Shown: piece by piece, positions 49,059 to 58,312 of the stretch | How the letters are laid out: the number at the start of each line of letters is the position of its first letter | How positions within the stretch are numbered: position 1 is the first letter of the stretch | NCBI GenBank assembly: GCA_024875585.1 | Contig: GCA_024875585.1_4107.1 | DNA length: 64,000 nucleotides | Direction: 5' to 3' (one strand) | DNA from: a phage | Notes under the pieces: generated by a model | Told to the model about the DNA's origin: nothing | The model's input: the letters and a program-made list of their open reading frames with translations, nothing else | Databases searched by the model: none | Made by a program: the position numbers and the translations under genes

Positions 49059-49087
49059 TTGACATAATTAATCAATTATTGTACTAT
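49059..49087 (+). promoter_or_regulatory. sigma70-type promoter TTGACA-N17-TACTAT
   Basis: in the divergent intergenic region upstream of ORF 49123. Confidence 0.5.
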
Positions 49088-49122
49088 TAATAATGTTCCT
49101 TAACTCAAATCCGAGGTAATTA

Positions 49123-49728
49123 ATGAAACGATTATTGAAAGAGATTATACAAACCGTTGTTATAATTGCTGCATTAAACTTTCCAGCGGCGGCAGAAGTT
49201 TCAAAAAAAGCATCTGTTTTTCTATTAAATGATCATGTTGGGTCAATTGATGGTGAACTAAATGATAAAACTGTACAAGATGTGGAGCAGTTGTGGAAAG
49301 AAAAAAAATTTAAAATTTTAACAATTACATCACCTGGGGGTGATTTTGATGCTGGTATTAAAATGGGAAATTTTGTTAGAGACAATGGTATAAATTTAAT
49401 TGTTTCTAGATATTGCAATTCAGCATGTACTGTGGTATTCTTTAGTGTGTCCCCTGAAAAACGATATATGACAAATCAATCAGTACTGGGATTACATAAC
49501 ATTTCAATCAAAAGTAACGTTAGAGATAGGGATAATACTTTTGTATCTGTTAGACAATTATCAACATTTACTGAAGAAATGGCAACAAAAGTAGGATTTT
49601 TATTTACACTATATTCAGCTAATGGAATTCCACCTAGCGTTCTATATAGAGTTAGTCGTGCACGTGGTGAAGATGTTGTTATCTTAACAAAAAAAGACCT
49701 AATTCATTACGGTTCGGTAAATCCATAA
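49123..49728 (+). CDS. secreted ClpP/crotonase-fold protein (putative periplasmic protease)
   Basis: N-terminal signal-peptide-like segment (VVIIAALNFPAAAEV); TSPGGDFDAG resembles the ClpP/SppA GG motif. Confidence 0.4.
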   Translation: MKRLLKEIIQTVVIIAALNFPAAAEVSKKASVFLLNDHVGSIDGELNDKTVQDVEQLWKEKKFKILTITSPGGDFDAGIKMGNFVRDNGINLIVSRYCNSACTVVFFSVSPEKRYMTNQSVLGLHNISIKSNVRDRDNTFVSVRQLSTFTEEMATKVGFLFTLYSANGIPPSVLYRVSRARGEDVVILTKKDLIHYGSVNP

Positions 49729-49796
49729 AAATAATTATAATAACAGGATGATTATGTTGTTCTTCCTTTGTTATTAACTATATCGGAAATATAACT

Positions 49797-50057
49797 ATGA
49801 CAAACATCCAGAATTTGACGTCTATTATTTTTTATGCTACAGTGGTGATGTATGCTATTGTACTTATTTTAACAGTTTTTATTTACAAAGATTACAAAAA
49901 AGGCTTTATTAATAGTACAACAATGAAGTTCAATTCTAAATTTGAAGCAATTATATTTTATGTTTTGACAACATCATATTTGTTGTGTATAATGTTACTA
50001 GGGTCATTGATTTATATTTTATATACAACATTATTTGCAATTGGAGCTATTTTATGA
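49797..50057 (+). CDS. small membrane protein (3 predicted TM)
   Basis: 86-aa hydrophobic ORF. Confidence 0.45.
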   Translation: MTNIQNLTSIIFYATVVMYAIVLILTVFIYKDYKKGFINSTTMKFNSKFEAIIFYVLTTSYLLCIMLLGSLIYILYTTLFAIGAIL

Positions 50058-50650
50058 CATGTATTATTGCACACACTGATGGTGTAACTTCATTTATTGC
50101 AGGGGACAAGATGGGGAGTGATGGTTTTACGAAATCAATCCAAACAGAGCCTAAAGTGTTTGAGAAAGAATTTGTAAAGATTAGTGGTGATGACGGCTTG
50201 ACTCGTACAAAAGATGTTATGACAATTGGATTCACTACATCATTTCGTATGGGTCAACTGCTAACTTATAATTTAAATTTACCAGACCAAAATTCAAATG
50301 AGACGTTTCTACAGTATTTAGTACTGAAAGTTATTCCTCTTATTCGTCAAATGTTTAAAGACGAATGGGGTGCACGTGATACAACCCAAGATGTTGGTGG
50401 TGGTCAATTTATTATTTTACACAATCATACGATTTATGAAATTCAGGAAGATTTTTCGGTTCTCCAGTCAAAATCAAGAGTTGCATCTGTTGGTAGTGGT
50501 ACATATCATGCAATTGCAGCTATGCAAGCATATATTGATCTTGAGAAAGAAACTAACGTACAACTACATGAACGTATCAAATCCATTTTCAAAATTGTTA
50601 GTGATAATGTATCGAGTGTAAGCGAAGAGTTTGATGTATTAAAATATTAA
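50054..50650 (+). CDS. HslV/proteasome-beta-like N-terminal nucleophile hydrolase
   Basis: begins M-T-CIIAHTDGVTSFIAGD (Thr at position 2; cf. HslV TTIVSV..IAGD); later GSGTYHAIAAMQA resembles HslV GSGGPYAQAAA. Confidence 0.5.
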   Translation: MTCIIAHTDGVTSFIAGDKMGSDGFTKSIQTEPKVFEKEFVKISGDDGLTRTKDVMTIGFTTSFRMGQLLTYNLNLPDQNSNETFLQYLVLKVIPLIRQMFKDEWGARDTTQDVGGGQFIILHNHTIYEIQEDFSVLQSKSRVASVGSGTYHAIAAMQAYIDLEKETNVQLHERIKSIFKIVSDNVSSVSEEFDVLKY

Positions 50651-50665
50651 AATTATAAGAGAGAA

Positions 50666-50860
50666 ATGATGGCATACACAATTTATGAATGGATTTTGAG
50701 TTTTATTATAGTATTTTTTATGGTTGTAATTTACAATAATGCTAAATGCTTATATAGAGATTTAAAATCCAATGGTTATCATGCAAACAATAATTTAATG
50801 TATGCCTATCATATTGGAATCATTCTATTATTATCAATATATTTAATTGGTTTTATTTAA
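50666..50860 (+). CDS. small membrane protein (2 TM)
   Basis: 64-aa hydrophobic ORF. Confidence 0.45.
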   Translation: MMAYTIYEWILSFIIVFFMVVIYNNAKCLYRDLKSNGYHANNNLMYAYHIGIILLLSIYLIGFI

Positions 50861-50869
50861 GGATTGCGT

Positions 50870-51622
50870 ATGATATCAGAAAAATTTATAAGTAATGAGG
50901 GAAACAAGAGATTACTTATTATCTCAGGAGCAGGTCTTTCCGTTGAAAGTGGGATGGAGCCATTTCGATTTGATGATGGCTTATGGGATACATTTAAAAT
51001 TAATGACGTATGTAATATTGCAAATTTAGATACAAAATATCATGTTGTTCATTCGTTTTATAACACACTGCGTGTTAAACTGGGTCAATGTGAACCAAAT
51101 GCAATGCATTATTTTATAAAATCCTTAGAGGACCAATATGGTGATTGTTTTCTTCATATGACCTCCAATATGGATGATCTTTATACACGTATTGGTGGCA
51201 AAGAACTAAAACTTCATGGTAATTTATGTGAAGTGATAGAAAATTATAGTATTAATGGTGATGATTATAACATTGTTAACTGTGGTTATGAGCCATATAT
51301 ACCAAAACATGATGTTTTTGCTAAACCAAATGTAGTGATGATTGGTGAATATCACCGTTATGTTGATGGTGTTCGTTTGCCAATATATGAAGAAAGAAAT
51401 AATGTTTTAAAAACACTTAATGAAAACGATACTGTGATTGTTATTGGAAGTAGTGATACAGTACTTGTGTGGTCCAGATTAGCTGCGGCATTACCCTGTT
51501 ATAGCGTTAATGTTAACATTCGTAAAAATGATAATGATTTTCTGTTCAATGAAAAAATTATTCAACCAGCTACCAAAGCAATACCACAATTAGAGACTAT
51601 AATTAAGGAACGTATGAAATGA
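50870..51622 (+). CDS. Sir2-family NAD-dependent deacylase/ADP-ribosyltransferase-like protein
   Basis: sirtuin motifs GAGLSVESGMEPFR, TSNMDDL, LHG, VMIGE, VIGSS; AAGGA RBS. Confidence 0.7.
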   Translation: MISEKFISNEGNKRLLIISGAGLSVESGMEPFRFDDGLWDTFKINDVCNIANLDTKYHVVHSFYNTLRVKLGQCEPNAMHYFIKSLEDQYGDCFLHMTSNMDDLYTRIGGKELKLHGNLCEVIENYSINGDDYNIVNCGYEPYIPKHDVFAKPNVVMIGEYHRYVDGVRLPIYEERNNVLKTLNENDTVIVIGSSDTVLVWSRLAAALPCYSVNVNIRKNDNDFLFNEKIIQPATKAIPQLETIIKERMK

Positions 51623-52170
51623 GTGTTAAAGAAGTTCCCTTTGGTGAATATGGTTCACGTGCCAATTTTGTATTTTGCTATTTCTTTGCAAGAAAATGTA
51701 ACCCTTACGAAAATTACGAATTGAATGATATACCAGAAGTAAATTTAGTATTACTTCAATTACGTTGGGATGGCCTTCTAGGGGGATGTGGTGGGACAGT
51801 TGAAAGTACTGATATCTCACTAGAAGATGCGTTACGTCGTGAAATTCAAGAAGAGATGGATTACAATATTTTTGTTTCCCATCTTCGACCACTTAAAACT
51901 TTTGAAATTTACCCAGGTGCAAACAGTCATAGTTTTAGCTATGAAGTAACCTATGATGAGTTGAAACACATTAGAGATGGATACACTAATGCTAAACATG
52001 CGAGTGCTGAAGTGGCTGGTGTAAATTTATGTCATATTTCTCGTTATTCTAAGGGACAAAATCGAGAAGCGGGATATAATAATCTTATGACTCAGAACTT
52101 CATTGGTACAGCAAAACAAGAATTGGAGTATCTGGTTCAAAAAGAAAACTTACTAATTAGTTATCTATAG
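51619..52170 (+). CDS. Nudix hydrolase
   Basis: Nudix-box-like GG..E...LRREIQEEMD (spacing not fully canonical); ATGA overlap with the Sir2 gene. Confidence 0.55.
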   Translation: MSVKEVPFGEYGSRANFVFCYFFARKCNPYENYELNDIPEVNLVLLQLRWDGLLGGCGGTVESTDISLEDALRREIQEEMDYNIFVSHLRPLKTFEIYPGANSHSFSYEVTYDELKHIRDGYTNAKHASAEVAGVNLCHISRYSKGQNREAGYNNLMTQNFIGTAKQELEYLVQKENLLISYL

Positions 52171-52179
52171 GAGTTTAAC

Positions 52180-52500
52180 ATGTCTTACTCAATGTTTTTG
52201 GATGATATCCGTGATGCAAATCTATATTATCCAAACCAAGATATGGTGGTATGTCGTGACTTTAAAAGTGCATGTGAATATGTTATTGAAAATGGAATTC
52301 CAGCATTTGTATCATTCGACCATGACTTGGGTGATGTGAGCGAAGACGAAAAGACTGGATATTCTTTTGCTAAGTTTCTTATTGATTATATGTTTGATAA
52401 TAATATTAAAGAACCGTTTGAGTACTTTGTTCACAGTAGTAATCCTGTTGGTAAAATTAATATTGAAACATACTTAAACAATGGGTTTAACGCATTATGA
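52180..52500 (+). CDS. hypothetical protein (possible receiver-like fold)
   Basis: 106-aa ORF; acidic DD...SFDHDLGD pattern. Confidence 0.4.
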   Translation: MSYSMFLDDIRDANLYYPNQDMVVCRDFKSACEYVIENGIPAFVSFDHDLGDVSEDEKTGYSFAKFLIDYMFDNNIKEPFEYFVHSSNPVGKINIETYLNNGFNAL

Positions 52501-52799
52501 TTCAAACACACATCAAAAGTCTTATTTGTACTGTTCTGTTAGGTGTAGGTGTTCTTTGGTTCGGATATTATCACGAGAACACTAAGCGTACTAACATTCA
52601 CTACAATACCGCAGAAGTTGTTAGTTTAGGGCAATGTAGTGAGTCAAAATGTGCATTTACGTACAAAACCAGTAATGGTGAAATACGTAATGGACTATCA
52701 AGAGAACCAGTTTCGATTGGTCAACTTGTTTACCAGGAGTGCTGGGAAGAAAAGGTTCGAGGTTCACGTTGCTATGTTGAATACGAACCAAATATGTAA
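52497..52799 (+). CDS. small membrane-anchored protein
   Basis: 100-aa ORF with N-terminal TM helix. Confidence 0.5.
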   Translation: MIQTHIKSLICTVLLGVGVLWFGYYHENTKRTNIHYNTAEVVSLGQCSESKCAFTYKTSNGEIRNGLSREPVSIGQLVYQECWEEKVRGSRCYVEYEPNM

Positions 52800-52859
52800 T
52801 AATCCAAGTCAATAACATTAGTCGAGTACAAGGATGTACTCATAACTCAAGGATGTTTT

Positions 52860-54299
52860 ATGAAAAAATATACAATTGACACAAACGTACTACTATCTGA
52901 TCCAAATGCGTCTGTTGCTTTTGATGGTGCTGCAATCATTCTACCATTTACAGTACTGGAAGAATTGGATTCGATTAAGAGTCGCAATGTTGATGTTTCA
53001 CGTGATGCTCGTGTTGCGATTCGTAACATTGAAGCAATTATTGCAGAGGCATCACATAATGAGATTAGTTGTACTGGTGTTAATATTGCTGATGTTCATA
53101 CCAATATGAATCCTGATAGCAAATTGTTTGTTATTACAACCGAAGAAGCTGAGGCACTAATTCGTACTAAAGGTTCAGACGAGAAAGTTCAAACCCTTCT
53201 TAAAAGTACTGTACCTGATGATAAAATTATTCTGGTAGCTTTAGCAACCGAATCAGTACTGGTAACTCGTGATATCAACATGCGTATCAAAGCACTAAGT
53301 TATGGTGTCGAGGTACAAGACTATCGTCATGATATTGTTATTGGTGATAGTGATTTGATGCACATTGGTCAACATCATTTGGAACTCAATTTTTGGGATG
53401 TATATAGCAATTTAGCAAATACAAATATTAAAACTGAACAAATTGGTCGTCGATTGTATCATTACATTCCTAAAAGCTTGATTGGTCATTTACTTCCACA
53501 AAATCTATGCATTGGTGATTATCTATATGATGATGCTGATGTATTATTTGTATATGAAGGCCAATCAGCCATTGAGGAAGATGATGGCACACTAACACCA
53601 GAAGATATTTTGGTATTCCAAGACATTGGTCAATCTGTAGCTTTGCGTGCTAAAGTATGGGATATTAAAGCAAAGAATATTCAACAAGCACTTGCAATCA
53701 ACAGTATTCTCGATCCTGATGTACACCTAACAGTGCTGCTAGGTTCTGCTGGAACTGGCAAAACATTAATTACGATTGCTACTGCACTAGAGTTAGTACT
53801 GGAAAAACGCAAATACGACCGTATTATCTTCTCTAAAACACAAGATTCACAGTTTGAAGATATAGGATTCTTGCCAGGTTCTGAGACAGAGAAAGTTATC
53901 CCATTCTGTGGACCTGCAATTGATGCTCTTGAGTATCTTCATAAAGATGATGTATCACCACAAGGTAGCATCGAAGAGATTCTCAAACGTAACGTGATGC
54001 AATTTAAAGCATTGAACTTTATTCGTGGTCGTTCTTTTGCCAATACAATTCTAATTGTGGATGAAGCACAGAACTTAACACCAGCCCAGTTAAAAACTGT
54101 CTTGACAAGAGCCGGAGAAAACTGTAAAGTAATCATACTTGGTAACCTAGCACAGATTGATAACAAGTTTATCAGTCCAGTAAACAGTGGTTTGACATAT
54201 GTAACTGAAAAATTCAAGGATTGGAGTGGTTGTCGTATCATTGAATTAGAAGGTGTTGTTCGTTCACCACTTGCTGAATTTGCTGAAGAAAATATGTAA
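52860..54299 (+). CDS. phoH: PhoH-like ATPase with N-terminal PIN domain
   Basis: PIN-like N-terminus (YTIDTNVLLSDP...LEELD); Walker A GSAGTGKT and Walker B IVDEAQN. Confidence 0.85.
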   Translation: MKKYTIDTNVLLSDPNASVAFDGAAIILPFTVLEELDSIKSRNVDVSRDARVAIRNIEAIIAEASHNEISCTGVNIADVHTNMNPDSKLFVITTEEAEALIRTKGSDEKVQTLLKSTVPDDKIILVALATESVLVTRDINMRIKALSYGVEVQDYRHDIVIGDSDLMHIGQHHLELNFWDVYSNLANTNIKTEQIGRRLYHYIPKSLIGHLLPQNLCIGDYLYDDADVLFVYEGQSAIEEDDGTLTPEDILVFQDIGQSVALRAKVWDIKAKNIQQALAINSILDPDVHLTVLLGSAGTGKTLITIATALELVLEKRKYDRIIFSKTQDSQFEDIGFLPGSETEKVIPFCGPAIDALEYLHKDDVSPQGSIEEILKRNVMQFKALNFIRGRSFANTILIVDEAQNLTPAQLKTVLTRAGENCKVIILGNLAQIDNKFISPVNSGLTYVTEKFKDWSGCRIIELEGVVRSPLAEFAEENM

Positions 54300-54327
54300 T
54301 ATAATATGGGATGTACTGTCCCATACA

Positions 54328-54336
54328 TGATATAAT
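54328..54336 (+). promoter_or_regulatory. TGATATAAT extended -10 promoter element
   Basis: intergenic, upstream of ORF 54368; preceded by inverted repeat atggga-tgtactg-tcccat. Confidence 0.45.
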
Positions 54337-54367
54337 GTTGTTATCATAATACAAAAGGAGATATAAA

Positions 54368-54556
54368 ATGGCTAAACAACCCAAGAAAAAAGAACCAGTA
54401 GCTAAAGTTAAAAAAGAAAAAGTTATTCAATCCAAAGAACAACGTATGTACGAACAACGTAAGAGTGAAACTCTATCTGGGCTACAAGCTCTACGCAAAC
54501 AAGGTATTCTAACTCGTGCACAATATCGTGAACTAGTATCTATGAAAGGTTTTTGA
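54368..54556 (+). CDS. small basic protein
   Basis: 62-aa Lys-rich ORF with AAAGGAG RBS. Confidence 0.5.
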   Translation: MAKQPKKKEPVAKVKKEKVIQSKEQRMYEQRKSETLSGLQALRKQGILTRAQYRELVSMKGF

Positions 54557-54657
54557 TTCATTTGAAGCAATATTATGGAGTTCTTAATAAATACTTTTAT
54601 AAGAATAATAATACTTTTTATTAAATTAAAAAGAACTCCATGTGTTATTTCAGTTTT

Positions 54658-54688
54658 TTATCCCTGTCAATTGGCAGGGATTTTTTTC
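54658..54688 (+). terminator. rho-independent terminator
   Basis: hairpin tccctg-tcaattgg-caggga then TTTTTTT. Confidence 0.75.
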
Positions 54689-54783
54689 TATCTCTATCTT
54701 GACAAAAGGTTTAAAACATGAGAACATACATTAAAGGTAGAATGACATTCCATTAGGTTATTTTTAACTTAAAGGAGATATAT

Positions 54784-55341
54784 ATGTTTTTTGACCAAAC
54801 ATTTACGTTGTATCACGATTCTGGTAAAGTTGAGATTATTGATAATCTGCTACTGTACATTTCTGAGCATGAAGGGATAGACCGTTTTCATAGTAAGATG
54901 AAATTCGATTTAGCTGAATTCAACAAAAAGAATCGTGAAACTTTTTGGAAGAACCGATTCTATTATGAAATGTTCCCAGAAAGGTTTGTTGGTTATTATC
55001 TTTGTACTGAGAAAGGTTTATTAGTATCTCCAGATTTACTTATGGGTGAATACATGGTTCTCTATAATGAGTACTGGAAAAATAAACGTAACGCTCGTGA
55101 CATTGAATGGAGACACAAGCGTTCGTACATGTACAAACACAACCACTCCCGATACAAACGTCCTAAGACTCAACAAGAGCGTCGTATGGCGTGTGCGGTA
55201 TTGAAGGATGAGGGGGAACCTGATATACGTGGTAAGCGTAAAATGCGTTCAATACCTTCATACTGGGATGATATCAGAACAAGACACAGTACTGGCTGGA
55301 AATACAGTACTAAGCGTAAAAAACAATACAAAGGGAGCTAA
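54784..55341 (+). CDS. hypothetical protein with basic C-terminus
   Basis: 185-aa ORF with AAAGGAG RBS. Confidence 0.55.
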   Translation: MFFDQTFTLYHDSGKVEIIDNLLLYISEHEGIDRFHSKMKFDLAEFNKKNRETFWKNRFYYEMFPERFVGYYLCTEKGLLVSPDLLMGEYMVLYNEYWKNKRNARDIEWRHKRSYMYKHNHSRYKRPKTQQERRMACAVLKDEGEPDIRGKRKMRSIPSYWDDIRTRHSTGWKYSTKRKKQYKGS

Positions 55342-55368
55342 TGCTCCCTATTTTATAGGTTAAACTTT

Positions 55369-55698
55369 ATGAGCAAAATTAATGTTGATGTAGTTATTGG
55401 TTATATTGAAATTGAACCGTGTAGTATTGATACAATGATTGACACTCTTAGTAAGTATCGTTTAGAGTACAGGGGACATATTAGTATTTCGCCCGACGGT
55501 GGTTACGGTGGATTCCATGGATACAATGTAATTTGGACCAGAGAAGAAACTGACGAAGAATATAATACACGAATTGAAGCTGAATCTAAAAGACGTGAAG
55601 AAATTGATCGTCAAGAAATGAAACAATTAATGAACAAGAAATCATTAAGTTCCGAAGAGAAAGAAAAACTTCTAACATACATCAAGGATTACATGTAA
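55369..55698 (+). CDS. hypothetical protein
   Basis: 109-aa ORF. Confidence 0.55.
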   Translation: MSKINVDVVIGYIEIEPCSIDTMIDTLSKYRLEYRGHISISPDGGYGGFHGYNVIWTREETDEEYNTRIEAESKRREEIDRQEMKQLMNKKSLSSEEKEKLLTYIKDYM

Positions 55699-56537
55699 TG
55701 AAAAATGTAACTCAAGAAAAGATTCTGTACCTTGCAAAGTACAATGGTGGTTTCAATATCATTAGCCGTGAGTATCGTGGTAATTTGGCTAAGTTGATTG
55801 ACAGCTTGTTAGAATTCGATTTCATTAAATGGGAAACTAATGAACTTTGGTATGAATATGCTGGTCAGAAATGGGAAAGTGATTATGATAATGCAACACA
55901 TACCTATACTATCACCAAAGCAGGTGAAGTTCGTCTATTGATTTATCGTCTAGCATATGCTTATAAGAATCATAAAGATACTGATAAGCACCAACGTAGG
56001 ATTGATGAATTACAGCAAGCACTTCAACAATATGATTTAGATATTAATAATTTCAAAGATTGTTGTTCTAAGAATGAACTTAAAGCAATTAATGATTTCA
56101 ATAGTAAGACCACAAATGTTGAATTAACTGATTCTGTTGACTTAGAACTTTCACCATACAATACCAATCCTACTTGGGGAAGAACTCTTACTAATATCAA
56201 TGATATTGATTTCAGCCAACCAGCACTGAATAATATGTTCCAAATGAGTTCAATGCTGGGTGCTAAAGGTTTTGATGCGTCAAGAACTGATGATTATGTT
56301 CTTCGTAAAATAAATGAAGAACTTGGTGAAATGACACTTGAAATGAACATCCGTGATGGGTTATCATATAAAGAAGCAGGTAAAGATGGTGTCAAAGGTG
56401 AAGCTGTAGATCTTTGCATTTGTGCACTTGACATGTTCGCTTTGCAATGCGATAATATGAGTCCAGAAGAGATGGAACGTGAGTTCCTTACTTACATGAA
56501 TGTTAAACTAGCCAAATGGCGTAAATCAATTCAATAG
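55698..56537 (+). CDS. hypothetical protein with possible C-terminal MazG-like NTP pyrophosphohydrolase domain
   Basis: EELGEMTLE ... GEAVDLCICALD resembles the MazG EExxE/ExxD pattern (weak). Confidence 0.5.
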   Translation: MKNVTQEKILYLAKYNGGFNIISREYRGNLAKLIDSLLEFDFIKWETNELWYEYAGQKWESDYDNATHTYTITKAGEVRLLIYRLAYAYKNHKDTDKHQRRIDELQQALQQYDLDINNFKDCCSKNELKAINDFNSKTTNVELTDSVDLELSPYNTNPTWGRTLTNINDIDFSQPALNNMFQMSSMLGAKGFDASRTDDYVLRKINEELGEMTLEMNIRDGLSYKEAGKDGVKGEAVDLCICALDMFALQCDNMSPEEMEREFLTYMNVKLAKWRKSIQ

Positions 56538-56545
56538 GTTTTTTA

Positions 56546-57517
56546 ATGAAAACTAAAATTATTTCTGAACAAAAAATCGGCAATACTACAGTACTGAATC
56601 TTGAAGTTCAAGATCTTAGTAATGTTCGTTCTCTTACTGTTTGTACTCAGAGAGATGATTTGACTGATTTTTATAGCTCCGAATACATGTCAGAAGAACA
56701 TTGGGATATGGGATGGTTAGACGGTAGTAGTTATATCAGTTCTCGTTATAGTTTTGGTTCTCATGAAAATATTGAACAAGTAAAAAATGAGTATATTAAA
56801 CTCAGTGATACTATTGAAATGAAAGAAGAAGATTGTGTAGAACTTTTCATTTTTGAATTCGATGCAGGAAATGGTAATTCATTACTAGTAAGTAATATTG
56901 AAGAACATTTAATGTATCATGATATTGAAGATGTAGATTTTAAAAGTATTAAAAATGTTGTTCATATGGTTGGTGGTAGTATTACTGATGATTCAGATAT
57001 CGGTCATAATATTTCACTGTGCTTAATTTCTCATCCAAAAACTCGTGGTTTTAAAGTTCCACAAGATGAAACTTACGTGTTTGAAACTGCTGATGAAGGA
57101 ATTTATCCTTGGAATGATTATGTAGAATACTATGGTCATTTCTGTTCTGATATAAAAGAACTGAAAAAAGGCGAACGATATTTTGATATGTTCCGTGCTG
57201 CACAGCGTTTAGTACTGAATAATACTGAACTATTTCCTGATCGCGGTGAAGAAAATATGATTGATATTATCTTCAAGAACTATGATTATGTGCAGAACAT
57301 TCCTGATAATGTACATTTGGAATATGTTCACGGTTCTTCAAACAAATTCTATAATATTGAATTGAATGCTCCAGTGTGTGAAGTAATCATTGAGTACGGT
57401 GCTATTGGTAAAACCAGTACTACCGATGGTGAAGAATTCGAAACTATTGAAGAAGCACGTAAGTTCTTCGAGAAGAAAGTAATTTCCAAAATTAAAAGTG
57501 GTTATATCCCAAAATGA
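56546..57517 (+). CDS. hypothetical acidic protein (323 aa)
   Basis: long ORF. Confidence 0.55.
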   Translation: MKTKIISEQKIGNTTVLNLEVQDLSNVRSLTVCTQRDDLTDFYSSEYMSEEHWDMGWLDGSSYISSRYSFGSHENIEQVKNEYIKLSDTIEMKEEDCVELFIFEFDAGNGNSLLVSNIEEHLMYHDIEDVDFKSIKNVVHMVGGSITDDSDIGHNISLCLISHPKTRGFKVPQDETYVFETADEGIYPWNDYVEYYGHFCSDIKELKKGERYFDMFRAAQRLVLNNTELFPDRGEENMIDIIFKNYDYVQNIPDNVHLEYVHGSSNKFYNIELNAPVCEVIIEYGAIGKTSTTDGEEFETIEEARKFFEKKVISKIKSGYIPK

Positions 57518-57527
57518 GAAAAATATC

Positions 57528-57761
57528 ATGAAAAATATATTCATTACATTAACAATATTTGTATCCATTATTCTCTGTGGTTGTGCTCCTAAAGTTGATG
57601 AGATGGATGCTGAAATCATCCGTCAAGGTTTAACAAAACTAAATCACCAAGGAACACTATACGCATGTCATACTATGCGTCATGGGCAAGATCTTAATCT
57701 CATGTGCAGGAAGATTGTGAACCGCAAACGTCTTAATACTATTCCGAAGGATGCACAATGA
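57528..57761 (+). CDS. small secreted protein or lipoprotein
   Basis: N-terminal hydrophobic segment ending ILCGC. Confidence 0.4.
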   Translation: MKNIFITLTIFVSIILCGCAPKVDEMDAEIIRQGLTKLNHQGTLYACHTMRHGQDLNLMCRKIVNRKRLNTIPKDAQ

Positions 57762-57928
57762 AAGAAGTAATTGGCTACAAATGTAAAAATTGTGGCAAAG
57801 ATATGGGTAAGCATTCAGTACAAGGTATGGCTTGTCCAAATCCAGGACGTGGTAATTTTAGAGGGTTCAGTACTGAAAAGTCTTATGAACCTGATTATTC
57901 AAAACCAGTGATGGGCTATAAGTTATGA
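57758..57928 (+). CDS. small Cys-containing protein (56 aa, CKNC...CPNP)
   Basis: ORF below track cutoff; ATGA overlap with the next gene. Confidence 0.35.
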   Translation: MKEVIGYKCKNCGKDMGKHSVQGMACPNPGRGNFRGFSTEKSYEPDYSKPVMGYKL

Positions 57929-58284
57929 GTGATTATGTGGCATTTGTTCATCGATTTGGTGAAGCTAAAGAAAAACATATTATTCGTATGCCCGTATATG
58001 GTGAAAAAGACTGGCACAAAAGCACTATCAGTGTAGGTGCATTTCGTGACCGTGAAGCTGAATTCTTTCTTGGTAAGCAACATGAACGCGAGGTACTTTG
58101 CTCACTTTGGCGTTTAGATGAATGGGATAGTGAAAATTCCAGAACGGCTGAATCAATGATGGCTATTGTTGGTATTGCGAACTATCAGCACCCATATGAT
58201 CTATTACCTACATTTGAACATGCTTCTTTGTTTGACTTTTACAAAGCAGTAGGGTATGATTATAAAAAGAAACGTTACATTTAA
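57925..58284 (+). CDS. hypothetical protein
   Basis: 119-aa ORF. Confidence 0.55.
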   Translation: MSDYVAFVHRFGEAKEKHIIRMPVYGEKDWHKSTISVGAFRDREAEFFLGKQHEREVLCSLWRLDEWDSENSRTAESMMAIVGIANYQHPYDLLPTFEHASLFDFYKAVGYDYKKKRYI

Positions 58285-58312
58285 TAACAGCACCTTTTAA
58301 ATTGGAGAAATC

